Below, piece after piece: positions 1-9,768 of a DNA stretch of 37,074 nt. Within the stretch, counting starts at the first letter, position 1. Each line of letters starts with the position of its first letter. The notes under the pieces are model-generated. The model saw nothing but the letters and a program-made list of their open reading frames with translations. It was not told the DNA's origin and made no database searches. The DNA comes from Promethearchaeota archaeon (GTDB lineage Archaea; Asgardarchaeota; Lokiarchaeia; Sigyniarchaeales; SOKP01), in NCBI GenBank assembly GCA_019057795.1, contig JAHLWS010000035.1:1-37074 (forward strand), given 5' to 3'. The position numbers and the translations under genes were made by a program.

Positions 1-789
1 ATCTACAAGGTCTTTAGCAATAGGTTTTCTAACTGTAGACCTTTTGACTTTAGGCTTTTTAGGTGGAGCTTTTTTGGAAACAGGCTTCTTAATAAGATTA
101 TTTAAGTATAAAACATAATTCTGAGTAATTTTTCCCTTATAATATGGAAAACCACCTGTCTTCTCCCGAAATTCTTTATTTATTTTTAATTTCCATTTTT
201 GAAATGTTTTCGTTTCACTCCCACTCCAAATGGCATTTTTCTTAGTTATTCTCTCATAAGTTTCAACTTCTGATTTGAATGTATTTAGTTTTTTAGGGGG
301 TTCTGGTTTTCTTACTTTTTTGGGTGCTTTTGGTTTGAATCTACGCATAATTTCCATTATTTCGTGACATTCAAAGACATTTCCTTTATTATCACTAAAA
401 TATGGAAGATCAAAACTATCTAAATAAATGGCAAAATCGAAGTAATTAGTATGATCAATCTCAGGACCCATATATTGAGCAATAAAGACGATTACATTCT
501 TATATTTAGAGATATTGATAATATTTCTTTTATATTCAGAGTATTGATAAAGAGAGATTTTTTCAAAATCAGTGATGGAAGATAATAATTTAATTTGAGC
601 TTTAGATTTAATTTGAACATCATATTCTTCATACTTTTTATTATTAATAATAGCATTGAGAGCAATTAAGGAATATTTTTCTTCTGAATCAAGGGTCATA
701 TTTAATAGAGCTTTTGTAAATTGTTTTATGTGATCCCATTCTGATGCATAAGCAATTCCAATGATTTCTTTGGGTATACTTTCATACAT
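1..789 (-). CDS. Hypothetical protein, runs off the window edge; basic Lys/Pro-rich linkers and two tandem ~29-aa repeats
   Basis: Not in the ORF track. ATG at 789-787 opens 263 stop-free codons to base 1 (MYESIPKEIIGIAYASEWDH...KKPKVKRSTVRKPIAKDLVD); AGGT lies just upstream. Confidence 0.85.
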   Translation of the reverse strand, partial: MYESIPKEIIGIAYASEWDHIKQFTKALLNMTLDSEEKYSLIALNAIINNKKYEEYDVQIKSKAQIKLLSSITDFEKISLYQYSEYKRNIINISKYKNVIVFIAQYMGPEIDHTNYFDFAIYLDSFDLPYFSDNKGNVFECHEIMEIMRRFKPKAPKKVRKPEPPKKLNTFKSEVETYERITKKNAIWSGSETKTFQKWKLKINKEFREKTGGFPYYKGKITQNYVLYLNNLIKKPVSKKAPPKKPKVKRSTVRKPIAKDLVD

Positions 790-1025
790 GGTCTAATTAC
801 CTAAAAAAAAGAAATATTCTAAAATGTTATCAATTATAAGCTTTTCCTATACTTATAACAAATAAAACTATTGTTTATTATATATTTAGATAATTCGGTA
901 AATTTTGTGAATGAATGATAAATTAAAAATTAATTGTTTCTATTCCAGGATTTAACTTTACTACCGTGTATTTCTTACTTTTTGTAATTTCATTACACAT
1001 AGTGTGTTAAAAATTCTTTATAAAA

Positions 1026-1877
1026 TCAAAAAAATAAGTTTTTTTCCGCAAACAGTTTGAATAGAGGATAATCTCCGGAAATATCTTGACCTTTCTCTTT
1101 AATATACGGATAAAGATTTTCTATTAAAAATTCAATCAATTTATCAGCTACAACCTCACAAATAATAGTACAACCTAGAAAATTATCCACGAGATGCTTG
1201 CGGTTCTCATTATAGAGAAAACAAAATTTTTTCATTTGTAGAGATATACCCTCAGCGGATAAGACGCTAATATGGTCCCATAAATCTTTAAAGCCACCTA
1301 AATGACTTGGAGCAATACTCATAAGCTCTTCTTTTAAAAGTTTAAACTTCAATTTTGAATTTCTACTATCTTTATAACCTAATCTCTCTCTAATTAATCT
1401 TAATTCCTTTTTAGCTTCAATATGACATAGAAAAATATATTTTTGCAAAAGCTTTTCGGCTTCTTTTGCCTTTGCAATATTAATTATTTTCCATCCAGAG
1501 CTTTTCTTACAACTAATTTCATTATTATTTTGATTTGAGAATCCTGTAGGATAAATCCAACATTGGGGAGGTTTAATACCAGATTTATGAATCAAACATC
1601 CATTTATTTCTTTATCAAAAAAAAAACATTTTCCCGTTTTTTCATTAAACCTTAATTGAAAAGTAAATATGTTGCTTCTAATGAAATCTCTTCTATTGGA
1701 ATATCCTCTTTTAATATATTCTTCGGCTAGAATTTTTGGAACATCAATTTTGATAGAACAACAATTACCCCTACAGATATGAGGATCTATACAATTAGGT
1801 CCTTCAATAGCAGATTTCATTAAAATGTTAAATTGCGCGATAATTTGCCAAAAGTAAAAATTATTTTGATCTTTCAA
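1026..1877 (-). CDS. YkgJ/CxxCxxCC-type cysteine-cluster (Zn/Fe-chelating) protein
   Basis: CIDPHICRGNCC...CFFFDKEINGCLIH...KPPQCWIYP matches the YkgJ Cys pattern; TTG start (alternative ATG at codon 20). Confidence 0.75.
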   Translation of the reverse strand: MKDQNNFYFWQIIAQFNILMKSAIEGPNCIDPHICRGNCCSIKIDVPKILAEEYIKRGYSNRRDFIRSNIFTFQLRFNEKTGKCFFFDKEINGCLIHKSGIKPPQCWIYPTGFSNQNNNEISCKKSSGWKIINIAKAKEAEKLLQKYIFLCHIEAKKELRLIRERLGYKDSRNSKLKFKLLKEELMSIAPSHLGGFKDLWDHISVLSAEGISLQMKKFCFLYNENRKHLVDNFLGCTIICEVVADKLIEFLIENLYPYIKEKGQDISGDYPLFKLFAEKNLFF

Positions 1878-1987
1878 GTTAATTAAATAATCTTAATTTG
1901 ATTTAATTAAATTTATATTTTTGAACTTTATTTTTTTATTGTTAAAAATTTGTCAATAAAACAATAAAAGATAAGGTAACAGAGAAA

Positions 1988-4093
1988 ATGTCAGATTTAA
2001 TAATCGTTGATATTAACGAGAAAGAAATAACTCTTTTAGATGGTCAATTAAACCAAAAAGAAATTAAAGGAAACGGAACAATTTTAATAAAGAACCCTAC
2101 CCAGAAAAGTCGGCTATGGAATTTAGGATGCGATTTAAAAGAAATTGTTAACACCACAATTAGTTCGAGAGAGTTGAATGTGGGTATTTTAAACCCTACT
2201 CAAGAATATACAAGCGAATACGAAGTTCAAAATTTAAAAGAACCTTCACTTAAAGTCGTCGATATTTTTGATACTACTGTGTCAATTTCAGATAAAGTAA
2301 ATAACGCATTTCTGTTTGAAACTGAAAATAAATGTAAATTGCAGTTAGTAATAACGAATCCCTTAGATATACCGATATCAAACATTAAAGTGAACAGAGA
2401 ATTACCCTCTTTCTTCCAAGGGATTGAAATTCTTAATCCTAATACCGGTGTTGCTAGTATAATTGAAGAGTCAGAATTAAGATTTTTGAATTGGGATATT
2501 GTTTCGTTAGATGGACAACAAAGAGCTGAGTTAGAATTAACTTGTATGGTAAATTTAAAAGATAGCGATGTAAAAGCATTAGGAACTTTAGATGTTACTT
2601 ACTTAATCAATAATTATAAACTAACAATGATTAATCCAGAAGTTCGAGGGCTCACTGATTCGATGTCTGGGATTGAGAGAGATGAGGGTTCTCAACCTGG
2701 AATGTGGGATTGTAGTGTTGAATTTATTAACGAGTCAGAGTTTCAAGTAAGAGTAGAAAATGTTAAGGTGTCACAAAAAATTACTACGGGAACCGAAAAT
2801 GTCGTATCTCAAGCCCCTAATCGATTACTTAATCCTGAACAATCGTGGGATTTTGATTTTCAAGTTGAATCTAAGGATGTTCCTGAATTAAGTTCCTCGA
2901 TCGAATTTACACCGTTATTTGTGGTGCTTACTAGAGTTGTTGGTGAAATTAATAAGGAGTCCACCGTTTACCCCGTTTTAAGAGCTAGTATAGATAAAGC
3001 TATTAATCCTCCCGAAGTTGACGCCTACGCGAATACAGACATGGTAATAGAAAATTCCATTGTTAATAATGGGACTTCAATTATAGAAGCAATTAACATT
3101 CTTGATGAAATTCCTCAAGATTTTGTACCGCCATTAGTAAATCAAGTAAAAGTTACGCTAGGAAATATAGATATTAGCTCTCGAACTGATTTTACTAAAA
3201 AAATTGAGCTTGCACCGAGTGACCAAAGTCCAGACTCAAAACACCAAATTATTATTAAACTTTTCAATCTATCTAAGGAATTTATCCAAGACGCTAAATT
3301 AATTGTCTCATACCCAATTAAAGCCAAGAATCCAAGACCACCTACAGAGATGCTTTATAAAACTCCTGTGAAAATAGAAATAAATAGCCCCGTTGAAGGA
3401 AATTTATTTACTAAATCTCCAGATATAGAACCAGAGATCAAAGTGAAATATGTTAAGCGTAAACTGAAAACGCTTAAAAGCATAAAACCCGGAATGTCTG
3501 AAGGAGAATTCTCCATTACCGTTAGAATCCAAAATAAAGGAAATGTAGAATTAGAAAATATTATTGTCAAGGATAAAATCCCTAAAGGTTTTGATTTAAC
3601 TAATATTAACATAGATGACTATAATGTAGTGAAAATCGGGGAAGAATCTGAATTACAAGTCAAGATTGCTGAATTGAAGGGAAATGAATCTTTAAGTCTT
3701 AATTACAGTTGTTCTGGACAGGGAGAATATCCAAGATATGAGCCTGAGATCAATGTTCAAGGCCGTGAAGGTTCTGAACTAACTCAATCCTCTGACGATC
3801 AAGTGGGGGCTCCCGCTCAAACTGTTAAGGGTTCTATTACTTCAATAAGTACAGAGAAAAGTGCTCTTATTAACGATCTTTTTTCAAATGTTTTTAAGAA
3901 AATCGATCAAACCATAACTGGAAACGTCTTAAGCGCTTTTATAGAAGATTTGAGGGACAAATTTCCCCCAGGACCTGTTTTACATCAATTTATGCAGTTT
4001 GCTAAAGATATCAAAACAGATAAATTAGTTATTGGTTCTTTAAGAGACGAAGTATTAGCAAAGTTAAAGGAGTTTAAGGAAAAATATACTTAA
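1988..4093 (+). CDS. Cytoplasmic multi-beta-sandwich (Ig/DUF11-like, N-terminal mu-homology-like) protein with C-terminal helical domain
   Basis: Repeated N-x(6-7)-I-x-V/I-x-D/R-x-I/L-P strands (NPLDIPISNIKVNRELP, NNGTSIIEAINILDEIP, NKGNVELENIIVKDKIP); no signal peptide or TM helix; AGGT upstream of ATG. Confidence 0.65.
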   Translation: MSDLIIVDINEKEITLLDGQLNQKEIKGNGTILIKNPTQKSRLWNLGCDLKEIVNTTISSRELNVGILNPTQEYTSEYEVQNLKEPSLKVVDIFDTTVSISDKVNNAFLFETENKCKLQLVITNPLDIPISNIKVNRELPSFFQGIEILNPNTGVASIIEESELRFLNWDIVSLDGQQRAELELTCMVNLKDSDVKALGTLDVTYLINNYKLTMINPEVRGLTDSMSGIERDEGSQPGMWDCSVEFINESEFQVRVENVKVSQKITTGTENVVSQAPNRLLNPEQSWDFDFQVESKDVPELSSSIEFTPLFVVLTRVVGEINKESTVYPVLRASIDKAINPPEVDAYANTDMVIENSIVNNGTSIIEAINILDEIPQDFVPPLVNQVKVTLGNIDISSRTDFTKKIELAPSDQSPDSKHQIIIKLFNLSKEFIQDAKLIVSYPIKAKNPRPPTEMLYKTPVKIEINSPVEGNLFTKSPDIEPEIKVKYVKRKLKTLKSIKPGMSEGEFSITVRIQNKGNVELENIIVKDKIPKGFDLTNINIDDYNVVKIGEESELQVKIAELKGNESLSLNYSCSGQGEYPRYEPEINVQGREGSELTQSSDDQVGAPAQTVKGSITSISTEKSALINDLFSNVFKKIDQTITGNVLSAFIEDLRDKFPPGPVLHQFMQFAKDIKTDKLVIGSLRDEVLAKLKEFKEKYT

Positions 4094-4130
4094 AAAATCT
4101 TTTTTATTAACCTATTTTTTTATTCTTTAT
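4094..4130 (+). terminator. Oligo-T archaeal terminator candidate
   Basis: tcttttttattaacctattttttt directly after the TAA at 4093. Confidence 0.4.
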
Positions 4131-4158
4131 TTAATTTAAAATCATCATTAAATAACAA

Positions 4159-4164
4159 TTTATA
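4159..4164 (+). promoter_or_regulatory. TATA-box candidate, probably a leaderless or short-leader transcript
   Basis: TTTATA about 26-31 nt upstream of ATG 4190, preceded by an A-rich BRE-like segment. Confidence 0.35.
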
Positions 4165-4189
4165 GTAAAATTTCATTATTATAAGGTAT

Positions 4190-5272
4190 ATGAATTCGTG
4201 TGAGCGTTATTTAGCAGTTTACGACGATAATGAGCGGAAAAAGTTAGATAGAGTTCCTACGCATGTTCAATATATCATGGAAGAATTTATCATCCAAAAT
4301 AAAGAGAATATATTAAGTCGATATAGTGGAAAATTATTCAATAATCTTTATTTCGATATTCCTTTAATTTTAGGTTTTGATTCTATTTTTGCACCCTTTC
4401 CCTTAAGCTTTAAAGTTAAAAGCATTAAGGTTGATGATGGAGCGGGAAAAAAAGTAAGAATTAGGGAAGATGGGCAATCAATCAAACGGAATACCTCCTA
4501 CTACGAGGGTGGATATATTAAAAATCTTGAAGTTTTAAATGAACTTATTGCTAATTTAAAGGAAGTAGACAAAAGTGAAATAATTAAAAAGACTATAAAT
4601 TTTTATGAAAAAATCTCGCCTTATATTTTTCCTATTTTAATTGTTGATGGCATTTTTGATAAAGTTTGGAAAAGCATGGGAATCGTTGCCTTTAGTCGAA
4701 ATTTTAAAAAAAATACCAAATTATATCGAGATTTAATTAAGTTTTATGCTAATTTAGCTCAAATTAATATTGAAGGATTGATAAACGCAGCAGGAGGAAG
4801 AGGAAAAATTTTGACTCTCTTGGACGATGTAGCTTATAAAGGGCACCCGATGATCTCGCCTGAACGGTGGGAAAAAGATTTTTTACCCTTTTATAAAGAA
4901 ATTACTTCAATAATTTCTGATGCCAGTATGATTTCTCAAATTCATACTGATGGAGATGTCACAGAATTAATTTCATCTTTTAAGAAAGCTGGATTCCAAG
5001 GATTACAAGGGTTTGAAGGAGGATGTGACCCTTATTATGTAAATGAACACCATCCAGACTTTATAATAGTAGGCTTTGGGGACGTATCCTATACGCTTCC
5101 ATATGGAACTCAAGATCAAATTGAATCTCATGTAAAAGAATTAATGACTGCTTTGAAAGAAAATAGACGTTTTGTCATAGGTCCTAGTACGGTTATATTT
5201 AAAGAAATTCCCTTAGAAAATGTGAGAACATTCGTTAATGCGGCAATAAAATATGGTAAATATAATTTCTAA
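4190..5272 (+). CDS. Uroporphyrinogen decarboxylase / MtaA-CmuA (URO-D) superfamily protein
   Basis: N-terminal ER..A......DRVP, DDVAYKGHPMISP, HTDG, C-terminal IPLENV...A..YG. Confidence 0.85.
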   Translation: MNSCERYLAVYDDNERKKLDRVPTHVQYIMEEFIIQNKENILSRYSGKLFNNLYFDIPLILGFDSIFAPFPLSFKVKSIKVDDGAGKKVRIREDGQSIKRNTSYYEGGYIKNLEVLNELIANLKEVDKSEIIKKTINFYEKISPYIFPILIVDGIFDKVWKSMGIVAFSRNFKKNTKLYRDLIKFYANLAQINIEGLINAAGGRGKILTLLDDVAYKGHPMISPERWEKDFLPFYKEITSIISDASMISQIHTDGDVTELISSFKKAGFQGLQGFEGGCDPYYVNEHHPDFIIVGFGDVSYTLPYGTQDQIESHVKELMTALKENRRFVIGPSTVIFKEIPLENVRTFVNAAIKYGKYNF

Positions 5273-5302
5273 AAGAGAGCAGTTTTATGTGTAATCTTAT
5301 TG

Positions 5303-6430
5303 TTATTGGAATTTATTCATCTCTTTCTTTATTCTTGTTTGTACGCTATTGACTTCAAGTTGATATTTTTCAATTATTTTAATTTTTTTATCTAATATTG
5401 GAGAATCAGTTTTCCTTTTTTCAATTTCTTTTCTAATAAAGTTATTATATGTTTTTATTTGTTCTAAAGAATTAATTATATTTTCTAAATATTCTAGGTT
5501 TTCCTTATTATTAGCCGAATTGATTGTTTGGTCCTTATGTTGTAGAAAAGCATCAAAGATATTCTCAGGTTTTATCTCGTAAGATTGACTTTTTGAATAA
5601 GGTTCTAGCCTTACTTCATCCAATATATTAGATTCATAATTAACTGATATATTTTTCATATAAGAAATGTCAATAAATTTATCTGCTCTTGATTGGTTGA
5701 TTGTTACATCCAATTCTTCAGAACCAATATCCAATTTTAATTTGTCTAATTCAACTTGAGTCATCAGTGGTGTAAACCTTACTTGTAAATGCTTCTTTCC
5801 ATAAAAATCTTCCTCATAACGAATTATTTGGGTGTATGTTTGAATCAAATCTTCGCCAATTGGAGCGAACAAAACGCCTTCGTTCGGATCGAGTTGTTGT
5901 AATAATGTAGATATTCGATCTTCTTTTATAGCACCAGTTACGAGGATTTTTTGCCAAGGATATCGTTCACTAAATCCTAATAAAGGATTTCTTACGATAA
6001 CTTCAACTTTCTCAAGAAGATTGGCTTTTCTTAAATTTTCCAAAGTAACATTTGCTATCTTTGGATTTGCTTCTATTATTACAATTCTACCATTTGGAGC
6101 TAATTTATGAGCTAACGCGGCGATATATCCGCTCTTTGCCCCTAAAATAAGTAAATCGTCATTATCATTCAAGATTAATTCTTGTAACATGATCGAAATC
6201 ATATGGGGGGCAGAGATCGTTCTAAGTGTTTCTGGTCGCTCTTTATTGAAGTAAAATAGAACTGGGGCATCGTTGTAAATTCTAACTTGAGCCTGTATTT
6301 CTTTTGGTATAAATTCTTTTAGAGGAACATCTAAAAATGCCTTAAATAACCTTATATCTCTCAAATAGCCATTAAAATATAGCGTAAATAACAACTGTAT
6401 CTTTGAACGAAATAATTTACGATTTTCCAT
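5303..6430 (-). CDS. pcm: Protein-L-isoaspartate O-methyltransferase-like protein with long C-terminal extension
   Basis: TISAPHM, SAM motif LILGAKSGY, PWQKILVTGA, LLQQL...G.L.APIG, VRFTPL; ~150-aa helical tail. Confidence 0.75.
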   Translation of the reverse strand: MENRKLFRSKIQLLFTLYFNGYLRDIRLFKAFLDVPLKEFIPKEIQAQVRIYNDAPVLFYFNKERPETLRTISAPHMISIMLQELILNDNDDLLILGAKSGYIAALAHKLAPNGRIVIIEANPKIANVTLENLRKANLLEKVEVIVRNPLLGFSERYPWQKILVTGAIKEDRISTLLQQLDPNEGVLFAPIGEDLIQTYTQIIRYEEDFYGKKHLQVRFTPLMTQVELDKLKLDIGSEELDVTINQSRADKFIDISYMKNISVNYESNILDEVRLEPYSKSQSYEIKPENIFDAFLQHKDQTINSANNKENLEYLENIINSLEQIKTYNNFIRKEIEKRKTDSPILDKKIKIIEKYQLEVNSVQTRIKKEMNKFQ

Positions 6431-6531
6431 TTTGCCTATAAAATATTGATAAATATTATAGTTATTATATCTATTTATATTAAAAGATTATAAAATACTA
6501 ATTGTGTCAAATCTGTTGGGATATTTAAGTT

Positions 6532-7110
6532 ATGTTTGTTTTAGACGCATCAAATTTTAAGGAAGCTAGGATAACTATATTTTTGATTTCTATAAATGTA
6601 CTTTTGTACTTTTTTTTCTCTTTAGCTTTCGAGGATTTATTTTATCAATTGGTTCAAATTAATAGCAAAATTTTTGTCGAACTTGAAATTTGGCGCCTTT
6701 TTACTTCCATGTTTTTACACGGTGACTTAATGCACCTTTTCTCTAATATGATTGCACTCTTGCTTTTTGGAACTTATGTCGAGCTCAATTTTTCTAAATT
6801 CGAATTCTTATTGATATACTTCATTTCAGGATTAATTGGAAATATGTTTTCATTATTTTTGTTACCTTTTAATATAATAAGCCTAGGCGCATCTGGTGCA
6901 ATTTTCGGATTGATTGGAGCTACTTTATCGTTTTTAATCGTGGAAAGGGACACTCCCCTCATAATTTTAGGCTTATTTTACGTGTTTTATTTCGTATTTT
7001 CTTCGTTTTCGCCTGGAATCAACTATTTTGCTCATATTTTTGGCTTATTAGGAGGATTTTTAACGGGTTATGCTCTTAAAAGGAAGAAAAGATCCTTTGA
7101 AACTTACTAA
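6532..7110 (+). CDS. Rhomboid intramembrane serine protease
   Basis: WRLFTSMFLH, HLFSNM, catalytic GASG and AHIFG; 6 TM. Confidence 0.95.
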   Translation: MFVLDASNFKEARITIFLISINVLLYFFFSLAFEDLFYQLVQINSKIFVELEIWRLFTSMFLHGDLMHLFSNMIALLLFGTYVELNFSKFEFLLIYFISGLIGNMFSLFLLPFNIISLGASGAIFGLIGATLSFLIVERDTPLIILGLFYVFYFVFSSFSPGINYFAHIFGLLGGFLTGYALKRKKRSFETY

Positions 7111-7118
7111 AATCGTTT

Positions 7119-7925
7119 TTAAGTTCTAATGTCCAATTTATTAAAAATAAATATAGTTATTAGAAACATAATTACTGGAGCAGAAATTAATCCAATTAAG
7201 TAACTTACTTCTTCTATTCCTAAAATAATCGCACCAGTAAGGAGATAATTGGAGATTACCTCGTTCATCATATTTACAAAATAGTAATATGTAATATTAT
7301 CTAAATCGAAAATTACAAAGAATTGTTCTACAAAGAAAAAATATAGAATGGGGATGAGTATTGAAACGATTACGTTACGCGTTAACGCTGATAGCATAAA
7401 CGATATCGAGAAACTAAAGAGAAAAGTCAAAAATACCATGAGGAATCCTACAAGTAAAACTTCTGAAGAAACAATTAAACCCGTGCTTATTAATATAACT
7501 ACCCCCACTATAACGAAAGACAAGAGTTCTAACGCGGTAGAATATAGAATTATCGCTATAACTTTTGATAATAAAATCCTTTTACGCGAGGGTGGCGTAG
7601 AATACAGCATCATAGCAAATTTATTTGAAAATTCCCCTGATACGATATCACTAAATATTATTATGTACATCAACCGAAAAAGTAAAATAGAAAAACCAAC
7701 AAAACCATTGAAAAACAAATAATCGATATCATATTGAGTGATTGTTGGGTATCTACTTGGATTGCCTAACATAAAACTTATCTTATGATAGGCAGTAAAA
7801 ACGGGAAAGATTATCATTATTACGCAAAAAATAGTTTTCCAACTTTTCAATATTTTTTTAAAAAAGAATTTAGTTAAAATAATTTGGTACTTGATGAACT
7901 CATTTTGCGTAACATTCTTTAACAC
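7119..7925 (-). CDS. ABC-2 type exporter permease
   Basis: 6 TM, DIVSGEFSNK...LYSTPPSRKRILLSK motif; GTG start 3 bp after the ATPase stop. Confidence 0.9.
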   Translation of the reverse strand: MLKNVTQNEFIKYQIILTKFFFKKILKSWKTIFCVIMIIFPVFTAYHKISFMLGNPSRYPTITQYDIDYLFFNGFVGFSILLFRLMYIIIFSDIVSGEFSNKFAMMLYSTPPSRKRILLSKVIAIILYSTALELLSFVIVGVVILISTGLIVSSEVLLVGFLMVFLTFLFSFSISFMLSALTRNVIVSILIPILYFFFVEQFFVIFDLDNITYYYFVNMMNEVISNYLLTGAIILGIEEVSYLIGLISAPVIMFLITIFIFNKLDIRT

Positions 7926-7928
7926 AAT

Positions 7929-8849
7929 TTAACCCTCCATAGTAAATTTATATATCTTTTGTAACACTCCCGTTAGTGGTCTCATTTCAATGTTGTTAAA
8001 GTTTTCCAAGTAGTTTTTTAATTCGTTTGGAAATTTGGTTTTGACAATTAAACTATCTCTTAAAACTGTTGGTCGTTCGAGGAACCACTCTTTTTTATCG
8101 GAATAAATTTCATTAATTTTTGTAATTACATCGTTTGCTTGAAATTTGTCAGAAAAGATTTCGTATTCGTCGTACTCTAAGTTTTTCATGAGCGAGAAAA
8201 TCGAATCAGAAATTTTTACTACGCCGTTATCTATGATCGTTACTGTATCTGCTAATTTTTCTATATCTGAGGTAATATGGCTTGATATAAGTATGGTAAG
8301 ACCTTGTTTTTGTTTTACCTTAATTTTGTTAATAAAATCCTCTCTTCCAAGCGGATCGATATTAGAGAAAGGTTCGTCTAAAACAACAACTTCAGGATTT
8401 CCTGCAAATGCTAGTGCGATACCCAATCGCTGACGCATACCTTGCGAATAAGATTTTGTTTTTTTATCCCAATATTCTTCTTTTAATCCGCACCATTTTA
8501 AATTAGAATCGATTTGTTCGGTCGTTTGTTTTTGTTTAGTTCTTAGTTCTAAAATTAACGCTACTAATTCTCTTCCAGTCTTACTAGGATAAAATCCTAC
8601 GTTTTCTGGTAAAAACCCTACTTTTTGACGTACTTGTTTCGATAGATTTTTAATGTTTTTCCCTAGAATCGTTATTTCTCCTTTTGAAGGTTTTATAAGT
8701 CCTAAGATCATTAAAAGCGTGGTCGTTTTTCAAGCACCGTTTGGACCTAAAAAGGCGAAACAGGATTTTTTGATCTCAAGTGAGAGATTGTTTACAACGG
8801 TTTTCTTCCCGTATTTTTTCGATAATCCTTTAAGAGTAATAATTGACAT
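7929..8849 (-). pseudogene. ABC transporter ATP-binding protein interrupted by an in-frame TGA in Walker A (pseudogene or sequence error)
   Basis: ATG 8849 MSIITLKGLSKKYGKK...FLGPNGA*KTT with TGA at 8732-8730, in frame with the track ORF 7929..8711, which carries YSQGM, LDEP and SSH motifs. Confidence 0.9.
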
Positions 8850-9078
8850 TAAAAGAGAAGAACTTGATTCTCATTAATATTAGTAATATGATGTTATAAA
8901 CAAGATTATTATTAAATGTATTTAAATTTCAGTCGCGTAAATCTGGATTTGTTTGATAGATAAACAATATATTTCAGAACATATAGATTATAATAATAGA
9001 ATAAAGCTATACATTTCTATAAAGACAATATATTGAGAAATCATTAATTGAAATAATCCCCCTATATTTCAGTACTCG

Positions 9079-9756
9079 TTATTTATTTGATTGAGTTTTC
9101 TTTTTTTTGTTTCTCATAGCAATTTCCATCGAAAAATCCCTAGGACAAATGTCGTTTAAAGGGCAAATATCGCATTTGGGACGAATTGGCATGCAAATTT
9201 CTTGTCCAAACCTCACAAATAATCGATTCACTCTAATCCATTGATCTCGATGAATAATTCTCTTCAATTCTTCTTCGGTTTGCCCTGGTTTAGTTGTTTT
9301 TATCCAACCTAATCTATTAGGGATTCTATGAACATGAACATCCACTGGTATTGCTGGAATTTTAAAAGCGTATACTAATACGCAATTAGCTGTTTTAGCG
9401 CCCACCCCAGGTAGAGAAACCAATTCTTCAAAATCTTTTGGAACAATTCCTTGATAATCTTCTGTTATTATTCGAGAAACTTCTTTAATGCGAGCCGCTT
9501 TAACCTTATAAAAGCCTGATTTATAAACTAACATCTCTAAATCTTCTACACTCGCTTCTGCGATTTCTTTTGGAGTTTTAAATTTTGTAAATAAACTATT
9601 TGTAGCTTCTCTAGTATTTGAATCTCTAGATCTTGCAGATAATATTGTAGATATTAAGATTTTAAATGGATCTTGTTTTTTTCTAGCTAACCCGTCAAGG
9701 TGAGCTTCTCCTTCTAAGGCTTGTTCTATTTGGTCTAAAATTTTGATGTAATTCAT
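9079..9756 (-). CDS. nth: Endonuclease III (HhH-GPD DNA glycosylase with 4Fe-4S cluster)
   Basis: LPGVGAKTA HhH, VDVHVHRI, CMPIRPKCDICPLNDIC. Confidence 0.95.
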   Translation of the reverse strand: MNYIKILDQIEQALEGEAHLDGLARKKQDPFKILISTILSARSRDSNTREATNSLFTKFKTPKEIAEASVEDLEMLVYKSGFYKVKAARIKEVSRIITEDYQGIVPKDFEELVSLPGVGAKTANCVLVYAFKIPAIPVDVHVHRIPNRLGWIKTTKPGQTEEELKRIIHRDQWIRVNRLFVRFGQEICMPIRPKCDICPLNDICPRDFSMEIAMRNKKKKTQSNK

Positions 9757-9768
9757 ATTTTAGCCTGA

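Noticed and set aside
1879-1910. 10-bp inverted repeat TTAATTAAAT/ATTTAATTAA in a divergent promoter
   Set aside because: A/T-only sequence in an extremely AT-rich spacer; likely chance
1988-4093. S-layer or secreted adhesin call
   Set aside because: No signal peptide, TM anchor or PGF-CTERM-like sorting signal
8730-8732. UGA recoding (selenocysteine or UGA=Gly genetic code)
   Set aside because: TGA is the normal stop of genes ending at 1026, 9769, 16351 and 26750; Gly is otherwise coded GGN; the position is a Walker A Gly, not a Cys site
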